A DNA stretch of 64,000 bases. It comes from Eledone cirrhosa. Lineage: Eukaryota. Shown one piece after another: positions 1-12,877 of the stretch. How positions within the stretch are numbered: position 1 is the first letter of the stretch; the number at the start of each line of letters is the position of its first letter. Under the pieces are notes generated by a model. The model ran no database searches. It was not told the DNA's origin and worked only from the letters and a program-made list of their open reading frames with translations. The translations under genes were made by a program, and so were the position numbers. The stretch is from positions 9,920,001-9,984,000 of the forward strand of contig OZ024752.1 of assembly GCA_964016885.1 (NCBI GenBank), read 5' to 3'.

Positions 1-480
1 CATGACCTTCCTCCAAAATAACAATATATTATCATTTATTTTACGTTAAACATTTCGCTGTATTTCCTGATTTCATAAACAGAAGGGAAATTCGCATGAT
101 TGAGAAATGTGAATAAGAACGCCCCTCTCTTTATCTGAACATATAACTTTAAATTATTATTGTTATATCCAGCATTTACTTGTCTAACTGTCAGCATTGG
201 ATGTTTCCGTTTGAGAAGTTTCAAGATTAACATTTTGCAGAGTTCTACCCAACTCACCAGAGCAGTATGTTAAATTAGAACAGTTTGGAATCTATTAAGT
301 CACGTTTTGCTAATGTTTTATTTGTTTCACTGCATGCATACCGGGTCAGGATCTCATGATGGAGAGGTAGCAACAGCGTATATATATGATAGAAAAAAAA
401 TAAATTGACCGCCATATGAACACGATACGTTACAGATATTTCTATGCTTTATATGTTCAATCCGTTAATACAACAGCAGA

Positions 481-565
481 GGTCCGACGACCTTTTAATT
501 CCAGATTCTGGCCAGATCGATATAGATCGAACCTTGAGCTGGTAAATAGCGAAACGTGCGTCACC
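481..565 (+). ncRNA. Type-I hammerhead ribozyme-like motif (variant core CCGACGA, long stem II) in a Penelope-like pLTR remnant (~400-700)
   Basis: ggt-CCGACGA...GAAA-cgtgcg-TC-acc. Stem I is ggt/acc and stem III is minimal. It is followed by AATAAA and a tail containing catcGAGTGctc. Confidence 0.6.
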
Positions 566-844
566 AATCAATAAACGTAATGAAGGCTTAACAAATCATC
601 CTTGTATTATTATATTACACTGTTTAGCTCTACACCTCGCTACTGACTTGAACCGAAGCATCGAGTGCTCACCTGGTAATTTCATGTTACACTCCTTGTA
701 CACACGTACACACCTACACACATACACACACACACACACACACGCACACATATATATGTAAAAGGTAAACAGAAATAACAACACAATCGGTATAGTATAT
801 GGAAGGGATATATTAGGTTAACGCTTGATATAACAGAAAGAGGG

Positions 845-880
845 TCTTAACGTTTCGGATGCTAGTCCTTCATCAGATGA
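845..880 (-). ncRNA. Minimal hammerhead ribozyme motif, Penelope-like
   Basis: Minus strand reads CTGATGA-aGGActagcaTCC-GAAA-cgtTA, with a palindromic AACGTT stem III. Stem I is weak. Confidence 0.6.
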
Positions 881-1149
881 AAGAATGATAAATAAGATAG
901 AATGAAGGGACGGGCGGGTTGGAATTGGAAAACATCTCTTTAGGTATTGAAGGTACTAGGATGAGAGTGAAAAATAGATGGGTGAGAAGAAGGTGGTGGT
1001 GTAAGAAGATTGTAGTAGAATGAGAAATAAGATAGATTGAGAGGGGCGTTTCTAGGGCATGTTTTAAACCTGGAAGAGCCCATCTCCTCTTGAGGTCTGA
1101 ATACATCAGATCTCGTCCAGAGAAGGAGAGAGAATGAGAGAGAGATATT

Positions 1150-1310
1150 GAGGAAGAATCAACCCCAGTACTAGACAGGAAATTATATTTTATCGACCTC
1201 GAATGAATAAAATGCGAAACTGACTTCTGCGAGATTTGAACTCAAAGAGCAGAGAGACGGCAAACGGCAAATCATTCTATCTGACGTTCCAACGACTCTG
1301 ATAATTTGCC
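1150..1310 (-). mobile_element. tRNA-derived SINE with Meta/Sauria-like central domain (diverged)
   Basis: ttttatcgacctcgaatgaataaaatgc...gatttgaactca matches the reverse complement of the family seen at 10690-10860. Confidence 0.65.
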
Positions 1311-1539
1311 CCTTTATTTGCTCTACCAGATTAGCTTTAATTCGTGCGACTACAAATCAGTGAGGCATGTATAATAAACGTATGCTGAAACTGTTTCGGT
1401 CGAGAGAACTTTGTGGGAAAAAGTTTTACAAGTTTACGTTTTTTTTAGTGTGTGTGTGCCTGACAGCTCACACCTATGCAGATTTAGCTGGCCTCCTCCA
1501 ATGTATATCTCGTTGGAGATATCTTGGGTAGTTTAATGA

Positions 1540-1705
1540 TAGGGACCCCAGTCCTATCATCTCATTTCTACAGCTGAGTAAACTGGAACAACGTGAAATA
1601 AAGTGTCTTGTCCAAGGAAACAACACATCACATGGTCCGAGAATTGAACTCACAACCTTTCGATTGCAAGCCCAATGCTCTAACCACTAAGCCATGCGCC
1701 TTCAC
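1540..1705 (-). mobile_element. tRNA-derived CORE-type SINE
   Basis: Minus strand reads gtgaaggcgcaTGGCTTAGTGGttagag (A box)...gtgaGTTCAATTC (B box), then gtttccttggacaagacactttatttcacgttg (CORE-like). Confidence 0.8.
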
Positions 1706-2084
1706 ATTTTGTAGTGTTTAATGTGTATGTAACGAAAAGGCTAGATTATTACATAAAAAAAAAACCCAACAACATGTAGTTGAATGTCCCTCTAACTATG
1801 TATTGTATAGAATTTTTAAAGATGAGAAATGTTGAAAAGATGTTCTTTTGATTTGATCTGTGTTTGAAACCTGAACAAAACTAAGCTAATATTTAAAGTC
1901 CAGCGTTAAATGTGAAATGCATGAACAGTGGCATATACTACATATTAAAATGCCAAAGATACAAAATAGATTTAATGAGATACTTTCTCTTTGCGGCCAT
2001 TATGCTAATAAGTGTAGCGACGTTTAGCTCGTTAATTTCAGTAATGTTATCAGTTTTTACTCTGTGAGAATGGAGTTCCACTAA

Positions 2085-2545
2085 AACAGGATGAGAAGTT
2101 CAAGTATCTCGGGGCCGTGTTCACGAATGATGGAAGGCAGGAGGCTAAATTAAGTGCAAGAATTTCAGGAGATAGTGCTGTAATGCTCTAGCTGCAGCAT
2201 TTAGTAAACAGAAGAAGGGAGGTAGGCCCAAAAGCAAAGCTCGGTATCTTTAATTCGGTATTCGTGACAACCATTATCTATGGTCATGAATGTTGGGTAA
2301 TGACAGAAAGTTGGTTAATGACACGACTGCGAGTACAAGTGGCCGAAATGGGGTTCCGCTGAAGGGGCTCAAGACTAACGTTACACAATAGAGTATCGTT
2401 ACTCTTGAGAGTCACTCCAGGAGATCAGAGATTTACTCCAGGTAGAGCCCCACTCCTCCCAATTGAGAGATCGCGACTCCTATACTATGGGCATGTCGTT
2501 ATTATGTCTCTGGAAAGAATTACTGGACAGATTTTACGGGCAAAA
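2085..2545 (+). mobile_element. RTE-clade (Expander/Rex3-like) LINE fragment, degenerate
   Basis: Translates to EKFKYLGAVFTNDGR...KLGIFNSVFVTTIIYGHECWVMTE...VQVAEMGF, with stops. These are typical RTE post-RT motifs. Confidence 0.85.
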
Positions 2546-2689
2546 GTGTAAATTATCGTGGGGGCAGTGTCCTCAAACACTCCGTCTCCAACTGGCCCGA
2601 TTAGATCACCAAGTGTGACTAACCAAGCTCTAGGAAGCTATGCAACCATCTTGCTTGGGGTCTACTTCTGGGTCTCTTACCAGTTGGTT

Positions 2690-3172
2690 TTGCCTCTAAG
2701 ATATGTCCAGCGATTATTTCCTGAGACATACTAACCACATAGTATCAGAGCTGTGATCTCTCAATTCAGAGAAGTAGCAGCTCTACCTGGAACAACTTAT
2801 CAGCGATTATTTCCCGAGACATTCTAACCACATTTCCATAGTATCGGAACTGTGATCTCTCAATTGGGAGAAGTACCAACTCTACCTGCACTGACTCTTC
2901 AGCGATTCTTTCCTCAGACATTCTAACCACAATTGCATAGTATCGGAGCTGTGATCCCTCAATTCGGAGAAATAGCAGCTCTACGTGGAGCAGCTCTACC
3001 TGGAGCAACTCTCCAGAGATTCTTTCCTGAGATATTCTAACCACATGTACATAGTATCGGAGCTGTGATCTCTCAATTCGGAGATGTAGCAGCTCTACCT
3101 GTAGTAACTCTTCAACGATTATTTCCTCAGACCACTTTCTAACCACTTTTCCATAGTATCGCAGCTGTCATC
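2690..3172 (-). repeat. Tandem repeat (~5 units, ~100-115 bp) derived from RTE LINE coding sequence
   Basis: ORF 2766-3146 repeats E.LQVELL.LRIERSQLRYY..VVRMS.ERI, which is homologous to 2420-2530. Confidence 0.8.
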
Positions 3173-3177
3173 TCCGC

Positions 3178-3180
3178 AAA

Positions 3181-3239
<59 letters not shown>
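3178..3239. repeat. (TAAA)n microsatellite
   Basis: Directly visible tetranucleotide run. Confidence 0.95.
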
Positions 3240-3240
<1 letters not shown>

Positions 3241-3554
3241 GGGAAGATAATCTAACGTAATTATAAGATAGAAATGTTTTTGATTAGTATTACTGACACA
3301 TACACAATTGTAAAATGAAGTGTGGGAAGGACTGATAATTGATTAATAACGAAAGGCGTGACAAGTTTTAACATTGGTTCAGTAATAGAGAATAATACTT
3401 TAAAAAAGAAAAATGAAAGAAACTTCAAATATTTGTTCGCGGCAAATAAAAATAATAAAAATAACCCCGAAAACATTAAACAAAAGATACTTTAAAATAT
3501 GTGCAAATCTAGACACTGAAATTATGTAGAAATAAATATTTATTCATCATATGT

Positions 3555-3632
3555 TTTTATATATATATATATATATATAAACATATATTTATCTATATAT
3601 GTGTGTATATATGTGTGTGTAAATATATGCAT

Positions 3633-3678
<46 letters not shown>

Positions 3679-3728
3679 ATATGTTTATATATATATGTGT
3701 GTATATATGTGTGTGTTAATATATGCAT

Positions 3729-3798
<70 letters not shown>

Positions 3799-3951
3799 GC
3801 ATATACATATATATATATACATATATATATATATGTATATGCATATATTAACACACACATATATATATAAACAAATATTTATATATATATAAACATATGA
3901 TGATATATATCTATATCTATATATATATATATCATCAATATATTATGATGA

Positions 3952-4023
<72 letters not shown>
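3555..4023. repeat. Compound (TA)n microsatellite
   Basis: Directly visible. Confidence 0.95.
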
Positions 4024-4030
<7 letters not shown>

Positions 4031-4635
4031 GGAGCCTGTGTATTGCTATGCACAAACAAATTACATGACAATGTCAACGTATTGATCTGTATGTATAAAG
4101 CATAAATATTTATGAGTGAATTATTTCGTTTGAGTTAAATTTGATTAAATGATTGATATTTGAATTAAATTATCTTGCAACTTAAATCTGTTACCTCTTA
4201 AATGAAAACATCCAAGGTAAATCTAAAAACGATAAATACAAAATACATAACAAAATCTAGATTCCTAAATTTGATAAATCGTATATGGTATAGGGAAAAT
4301 ATATTGAATCTTAATATATTTACACCTGACAAAGAATTATGAATATTTATAAAGAGAAAGTGGTTGGCACCGCCGATAACACGTATGAGAAAAAGAGAAT
4401 ATTTTATATGCAGAAATATTTGGAAAGTAAATAAACATAAATTAGACTATTTAAACACACACACAATCACATAAACATATAGACAAATACACAAACGCAC
4501 ACACATATACTCACAAACACACACAGACAAACACATACACACAAACACACACAAACACACAACATATACAGATGCTCACACTCATACACATACAAATACA
4601 GCCACACAGCACTATATATATATATATATATATAA

Positions 4636-4711
<76 letters not shown>

Positions 4712-4712
<1 letters not shown>

Positions 4713-4758
4713 GTAGGTCCCGGGTTGAGTCGGGGATAACCACAGTAAGTAAGGTACT
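4712..4758 (-). mobile_element. 3' tail of the 53294-53467 / 57380-57495 HHR element family, fused to tRNA-Phe
   Basis: taaccacagtaagtaaggtact is the exact reverse complement of agtaccttacttactgtggtta at ~53431-53452 and ~57453-57474. Confidence 0.8.
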
Positions 4759-4764
4759 TTATCA

Positions 4765-4837
4765 GCCGAAATAGCCCAGTTGGGAGAGCGTTAGACTGAA
4801 GATTTAAAGGTCCCTGGTTGAATCCCAGGTTTCGGCA
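4765..4837 (+). tRNA. tRNA-Phe-GAA: tRNA-Phe(GAA), probably a pseudogene or mobilised copy
   Basis: 73 nt: GCCGAAATAGCCCAGTTGGGAGAGCGTTAGACTGAAGATTTAAAGGTCCCTGGTTGAATCCCAGGTTTCGGCA. It differs from canonical metazoan tRNA-Phe at about 5 positions, including the D-stem and T-loop (TTCG to TTGA). There is no oligo-T terminator directly downstream. Confidence 0.9.
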
Positions 4838-4851
4838 TCCGATGGCTGATC

Positions 4852-6103
<1,252 letters not shown>

Positions 6104-6300
6104 GTTAGCTATCGCCGTATTTTGGCTAAAGAAATTAAAGAAATGAGTAGACGTCCCATGTACGTCAATACTCATCTTTTTCCATTTCTCCGAGCGTCCT
6201 TAACCCCACTATCAGGCTAAATCATTTCTTTAGTCAAAATACGGCTTTAGCTAACATTTCTAATAATTTCAAATCAACTCGCTGTTTCGAAAATATTCTT
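6104..6300. mobile_element. Fold-back element in (TA)n with ~30 bp inverted ends and a tail
   Basis: gttagctatcgccgtattttggctaaagaaat pairs with atttctttagtcaaaatacggctttagctaac. Internal hairpin atgagta-gacgt...acgtc-aa-tactcat. Confidence 0.7.
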
Positions 6301-6302
6301 AC

Positions 6303-6337
<35 letters not shown>

Positions 6338-6492
6338 AACATATATATAAATACATATATATACATATATATGCCTACATATATATACATATATATATAT
6401 GCATATATATATATATATATACACACATAAATATATATGTGTGTGTGTGTATATATTTACATACACATACACACATACATACACACACACAT

Positions 6493-6564
<72 letters not shown>

Positions 6565-6864
6565 ATTTTTGGTTTATACAAATATTGCAATATTTATATT
6601 AAAAAGAAAATGCAAATTAATACTGTAGCCATTGCTCAATTGATTATGAATCAAAGATTAAATATAAGATTTGGCTATTTTTCTACTAACAATGTTTTAG
6701 ATGTCAAGTGTAAGGCATGTAAGACATTATATAATTAAGTTAATTAATTTAATAGTTTATAGATGATATTATATGTTTCCTATGAAATATTTCCATGAAA
6801 TAAACAAACAGAATTACCTCACATGGACACATACATCAAACATTGGCAGTCATATTATCAGAGC

Positions 6865-6925
6865 CCTCCATTCTGTCCGATGGGTCTGTGGTGGGGCCAG
6901 CACGTGGGACCCCATTTGCTCATTA
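6865..6925 (+). mobile_element. 3' tail remnant of a CRE-like LINE
   Basis: ccattctgtcc...ggggccagcacgtggg...ttgctcat is similar to 21470-21510 and to the reverse complement of 35328-35395. Confidence 0.5.
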
Positions 6926-7254
6926 AGACATATAACTCCTGTTTTTCTATTATTTACTCTTTTACGATTAAAAAGCATCTGTTATTTATACATGTTAAGT
7001 TACTATGTTAGTAATTAACTAACAATTGTGATAAATCGCTCAAAATTATTCATAATTAATTGAAATGCAAGGTTCATAATAATATTAAAATGTTCGAATA
7101 GGCTACAAAGCAATAATATTAACATAACGCCTATCTGTTTCTTTGTTCGAACAAGTGTCAGTGTGTGGCTAAGCATCTACGTATACATACATGTAATACT
7201 ATACTCACACACACTCACACACACGCACACATACACATATATATATATATAAAT

Positions 7255-7455
7255 AATAATAAATGTGAAGACTAAAATCCAAAGAGAGCTCGATAAGGAT
7301 AAATATATATAAAATATATAAGAACCCTGGAGCAAATAACAGACTAAAGTTTATGCAAAGAATCGCTGCTTTCACCCTTAACGGGTGATCTTTCAGAAGA
7401 TCCCGTTAAGGGTGAAAGCACCGATTCTTTGCTTAAACCTTAATATGTTATTTAA
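7255..7455. mobile_element. Fold-back element with two opposed HHR-like motifs (family also at 27640-28100 and 37500-37600)
   Basis: Inverted repeat 7335-7453. Plus strand reads CAGAAGA-tCCCgttaaGGGt-GAAA-gca...tgc-TT-aaac. Confidence 0.75.
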
Positions 7456-7512
7456 TATATATATATATATACATGGCGATCGATTGGTTAGTGATTAGGT
7501 GATTAGGCGAAA

Positions 7513-7616
7513 CCCGCTGATGAAACTACCTGTGAGGATTGTGCATAGTTGCATAATAAATGCAGACAGTAGATTGCTGCATTACGTGTGGTGAAACTCG
7601 AGTATGGCGAGTAAAG
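7513..7616 (+). ncRNA. Hammerhead ribozyme motif with long stem II, in a TA-flanked element (7472-7748)
   Basis: ccg-CTGATGA...ggt-GAAA-CTCGAG-TA-tgg, with a palindromic stem III. The tail has TACTC (7661)...GAGTA (7692). Confidence 0.7.
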
Positions 7617-8279
7617 GTACCCCTTTACCTTTGTTGTGTTAAAGCGAATAACTACGTGTCTACTCTGGGAGTTTACTTAACATTACCTATTGAGTACTCA
7701 TGAAGTAAGCAGTACTAGTAGTGAAACCATTGCTAGTCTCGTCAAATTATATATATATATATATATACTTATGATAAATATTGATGTAATTCATTGAAGC
7801 ACTCAACATCATGTTTCTTCTTCCAAATATAAATGACAGAGTATAAGTAGAATGAGGAAATTCGAAGTTGTAGCTTTATTAATGAAATACTCTTTAATAT
7901 CTACAACTTTGTATCTCCCACATTCTTTCACTCTATATAAAATATATAGAGAGAGAATGGGATATATCTCTCTCTCTATCTATCTATCTCTCTCTGTATA
8001 TATATATATATATATATAAAACGAAAAATCAGAGATGCATCTGGACTCAGTTTATTGTGTGTTACAATTGTTTAGTGAGAACATTTTTTCAGAGAGTATT
8101 GCATGTGTCCGAAGAACATGCAGTTCTAGAATCAGACAGATCCATAAAATGATCGTGTCTCGAGCTATCTGTCAGTCAGAAGGAACCATATCCTATTGTT
8201 ACGACTGCCTCCACAAGCGTGACCTGTCGAGAGTCTGGCTGTCATGTAGCCATCTTTCTAGGGGTTTAACTGAGTGTCT

Positions 8280-8460
8280 CTTGCCAGTTGGTTTTGCCCG
8301 TCAGCTAAATCCAGCGATTCTTTCCATAGATATTCTGACCTCATGTTCATATTATCGGACCTGGGATTTCTTAATTGGTAGAAGTAGTAGCTCTACCTAC
8401 ATCAAAAAACCTGATCTTTAAGCTATGCACTCCACGTTATTTCAGAGACTCTTTCGGAAG
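8280..8460 (-). mobile_element. RTE/Expander LINE fragment
   Basis: ccagcgattctttccatagatattctgacc...agtagctctacc is homologous to the 2700-3170 units. Confidence 0.65.
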
Positions 8461-8628
8461 AACCCTAAATCAGTCGCTTGTATTAGCGTTCGTATCTTTT
8501 CTGTCAATCTCCAAGAATCATCCCCAGAGAAAAGGATTAGCAAGGAGAAGGATCCTACCACATGTAGTTACTTTATCTTCATATTAGGTCCTATTCAGAG
8601 CAGGTAATTCATTCTCCATAACATTTAG

Positions 8629-9150
8629 GTTCACTAGTTTTCTGTAAATTTCTGTCTCTAGTACTTCCAGTTCTTACTAATGCCTCTTCTGTTATTCACT
8701 AGTTTTCTGTAAATATCTGTATCTAGTACCTCCAGTTCTTGGTAATACCTCTTCTGTTGTTCACTAGTTTTCTGTAAATATATGTATCTAGTACCTCCAG
8801 TTCTTGGTAATGTCTCTTCTGTTGTTCACTAGTTTTCTGTAAATTTCTGTCTCTAGTACCTCCAGTTCTTGGTAATGTCTCTTCTGTTGTTCACTAGTTT
8901 TCTGTAAATTTCTGTCTCTAGTACTTCCAGTTCTTGCTAATGCCTCTTGTGTTGTTCACTAGTTTTCTGTAAATTTCTGTATCTAGTACCTCCGATTCTT
9001 GCTAATGTCTCTATTGTTGTTCACTACCTCTCTGTAAATTTCTGACTCTAGAACCTCCAGTTCTTGCTAATACCTCTTCTGTTGTTCAGCAGTTTTCAGT
9101 AAATTTCTGTCTCTAGTTCTTGCTAATACCTCTCTAGTTGTTCAGTACTT
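8629..9150. repeat. Minisatellite, 65-bp unit, ~8 copies
   Basis: gttcactagttttctgtaaatttctgtctctagtacctccagttcttgctaatgcctcttctgtt recurs every 65 bp. Confidence 0.92.
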
Positions 9151-9421
9151 ATCCACAGGTGTGTCTGATCAACTCTCATATGTCCACAGATGTGTCTGAT
9201 CAACTCTCATTTGTCCACAGATGTGTCTGATCAACTCTCATTTGTCCACAGATGTGTCTGATCAACTCTCATATGTTCACAGATGTGTTTGATCAACTCT
9301 CATATGTTCACAGATGTTTCTGATCAACTCTCATATGTGCACAGGTGTGTCTGATCAACTCTCATATCTGCACAGGTTTGTCTGATCAACTCTCATATGT
9401 CCACATGTGTGTCTGATCAAC
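9151..9421. repeat. Minisatellite, 31-bp unit, ~9 copies
   Basis: tgtccacagatgtgtctgatcaactctcata is repeated. Confidence 0.92.
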
Positions 9422-9662
9422 CGCACCACTTTTGACGTTTAATTTAATCTCTATTTTGGAAGAAACAACTTTCACCTTTCTTCCCAGGTAATTAATGTTT
9501 ATGACTCGAATACTTTCTTGCACCTCTACATAAAGTCATATGACTAGAAAATGTTTACAAAAATATAAAACTTTAGACACATCGTAGGAGAAATTGAATT
9601 TCCACCTCCAAATTACATAATCTGCACTCATATGATCCCAAACCTTTGACGAGAAATAAATG

Positions 9663-9901
9663 ATTTTGCTACAATATCACATAACATTTCCGTATAATTT
9701 TGCTACAATATCACATAACATTTCCGTATAATTTTGCTACAATATCACATAAAATTTCCGTATAATTTTGCTACAATATCACATAACATTTCCGTATAAT
9801 TTTGCTACAATATCACATAAAATTTCTGTATAATTTTGCTACAATATCACATAACATTTCTGTATAATTTTGCTACAATATCCCATAACATTTCTGTATA
9901 A
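9663..9901. repeat. Minisatellite, 34-bp unit, 7 copies
   Basis: ttttgctacaatatcacataacatttccgtataa is repeated. Confidence 0.92.
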
Positions 9902-10269
9902 CGCCATATTCAGCTTTTCTCTCTTACATAATCTAAGCTTATATTTCATTACGATCGTAATTGTGTTATATATATATTGAGAATAAAGATAGTTGATCTT
10001 TACATATCCATCCGCAGCTTAATGTCTGAGATAAATACATGGAAACAAAGCGTAAATGGACTGCTATGTTAGGTTTTCCAGGTCAGCTTGACATACTGTA
10101 CATAAACAGTTTCAACAGTTGGGATGGTAACCAATGGTTACATGTAATATCCTGGTTGTATTCATTCAACAAACTGTTCATCCATGCTAAGACTGAAATC
10201 AAATCATGGTTTTCATTTTCAGAGACATAAAGATTGACTTTGGAATTCGACATAGGTGCCGTTGGTCTT

Positions 10270-10860
10270 TAGGTGGCAGTATCCGCAGAGGGTGAGACGC
10301 CATGCTTTGCGACATAGAGTTACGGTCCTTTACGGTCTGAGCTCAAATCCCGCCGAGTTTAAGTTTGCCTTTCATCCTCATGGGGTTGATAAAATAAAGT
10401 ACCAGTCACGCACTTGGGTAGATTTAATCGACTTTACCCCTCCCCGCCCCAAGCCTTGTGCCTATACTAGAAATCATTTGGTCTTAGTGGTAGAGCGTCA
10501 GACACCTTGCTTTACGGCATAGAGTTATGGCGCTTTACGTTCTGAGTTCAAATCCCGCTGACGTTAACTTTGCCTTTCATCCTTTCGGGGTCGATACAAT
10601 AAAGTACCAGTGATGCACTGGGATCATTGCTGGCCTTGTGCCAAAGGTAGAAACAATTATTATTGCAATGTGTAGGGCGGCAGAGGGGGTGGGGGATTGG
10701 CAGTACCGGTAGAGGGTCGGACGCCATGCTCTGCGGCATAGAGTAACGGTCCTTTACGGTCTGAGCTCAAATCCCGCCGAGGTTAACTTTGCCTTTCATC
10801 CTTACGGGGTCAATGAAATAAAGTACCAGTAATGCACTGGGTTAATTGCTGGCCTTGTGT
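10270..10860 (+). mobile_element. Three tandem tRNA-derived Meta-type SINE copies
   Basis: tggcagta.cggtagagggtcggacgcc...gagttcaaatcccgccgaggttaactttgcctttcatccttacggggtcgataaaataaagtaccag occurs three times. Confidence 0.85.
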
Positions 10861-10866
10861 TAACGA

Positions 10867-11075
10867 GTGAAGACACGGGGCTTAGTTGTTAGAGAGTTGG
10901 ATTCGCAATCGTGCAATTACGAGTTCAAATCTCGGACCGGCTGATACGTTATGTCCTTGAGCAAGTCACTTTATTTTCACGTTGCTCTTTTTGCCAAGAG
11001 TTGCGACCGATAGATAGTATTAGCAAAGGAACGACCAATGGCAACATTGTTTTCTTGGTCCGAAAGGACGACATG
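10867..11075 (+). mobile_element. CORE-type tRNA SINE
   Basis: gtgaagacacggggcttagttgttagag...gagttcaaatc...tgtccttgagcaagtcactttatttt. Confidence 0.8.
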
Positions 11076-11520
11076 AGGCAAGTAAATGAGGTCTAGGATC
11101 TTATCGATCGACCGGAACGATTGTTAACCAGATTTTTAGGGTATACCATCTTTACTAAAATCGAAATATCCACTACAATTTGAAACTGTTTTCTATTAGA
11201 ACACAGATTAATGTATTTAAATATATGATATATATATAAATTAATCTATTAGTCTGAAATGGTGCTAACGCTACTAATGTTTGCTTCAAGAATAAATGCA
11301 TTAATGATGTGCAATAGATACACTTATAACATAGCAGAAATGTTTACATTTTGGGAAGACTTTGCAGGTGTGCTGTCTGGAAATCTAATTCCATTTTATT
11401 ATATAAAACAGCAAGTCGCGTGTTGAGAGAAGTGAAGGAGAGGGGGAATACAATAATTATAGAAGGATTATGTAGATAAACATATAGGTATGTGTGGGTA
11501 CTATACACACACACACACAC

Positions 11521-11660
<140 letters not shown>

Positions 11661-11991
11661 TATATATATATATATATTATATATATATATATATTATATA
11701 TATATACATATTATATATATATACATATTATATATAATCTATATATATATATATTATATATATTATATATATATATATATATAAATATGCGTGTGTGTAC
11801 ACACGCATACACACACACACACATATATATATATACATATGTATGTATGTATGTACACACACATACACAGACATATATATATATATATATATATATGTAC
11901 AGACACTTACACACACATATATATGTATATATATATATCTCTATATATATATATACATATGTACACAAACATAGACACATATATATATATA

Positions 11992-12069
11992 CAGGGTGTC
12001 CCCCAAAAATGTATACCCATATTTATTAGAATGTTTTTGATGTGTGTATATATTTTTTGGGACACCCTG
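11992..12069. mobile_element. Tc1/mariner-type MITE
   Basis: TA|CAGGGTGTCCC..AAAAATgtatac ... gtataTATTTTTTGGGACACCCTG|TA. Confidence 0.8.
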
Positions 12070-12268
12070 TAAATAAATAAATAAATATATATATGGTGAA
12101 AGATTGAAGAATAGCATGTACAAAAATGGTTTTATTTACAGTATTTACAGTATTAACAATTGTTTCATTGATCAGGTGAGTCTAAAGGCTGCTAATCACT
12201 TAAAACTATTCATAGTACAGAGTACTCACGGCCTCTAACAGGATTACCTAAAACGATAACTTGTTATC

Positions 12269-12329
<61 letters not shown>

Positions 12330-12828
12330 CAAAGGGATATTAAATTTGTTGCTAATTCAACAAATATATATATTTATAACTGATTCGAAGCAATCAACAG
12401 ATTTTTCTGGTGTATAATATCCATGATATTAATAAATATTTATAAAACCATATTTATTCTATTATATATATTTCAAGGGTACCAAAACTTTGGTACGCTC
12501 TTATCAGATAAAATACCAATTTTGCTTTATAAATATTGACATATCCAGCAATGAGACCTTAACGGTTCAAGTTTTACCTGGATAGTTTACCTGTATATAT
12601 ATATATATATACAAATATAATTTCAGCGAGATCGTATTTCAGCGGCTGCCAAAACAAAGCGAAACGCAATATTCGAGATATGCCGGCAAGCGCTCAATGG
12701 CCACAGTAATTAACATACGTTATAAGGGCCAGACACATTATAAAAATGGCTTTGATAGGACAAGGCAGATAAAACGAGCAAGCTAAACAGGTTTTATATA
12801 TATATATATATAGTTTTAATATAGATGA

Positions 12829-12877
12829 GATTCTACAGGACTAGAACTGTTTCATTCATTAGAAATCATCAGGAATC
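12829..12877 (-). ncRNA. Type-I hammerhead ribozyme at the end of a longer Penelope-like remnant (~12812-13600)
   Basis: Minus strand reads gattc-CTGATGA-tttctaatgaat-GAAA-cag-ttctagtc-ctg-TA-gaatc. Confidence 0.8.

Noticed and set aside
250-400. Minus-strand exon ending at a GTGAGT donor (257)
   Set aside because: A donor-like hexamer alone is insufficient, and the ATG-initiated frames upstream of it are closed.
550-575. CRE-like TGCGTCA plus CCAAT box as a promoter
   Set aside because: It is better explained as HHR stem III, cleavage site and stem I followed by AATAAA.
8629-9901. CRISPR-like arrays
   Set aside because: The units are contiguous with no unique spacers, there are no cas genes, and the context is eukaryotic.
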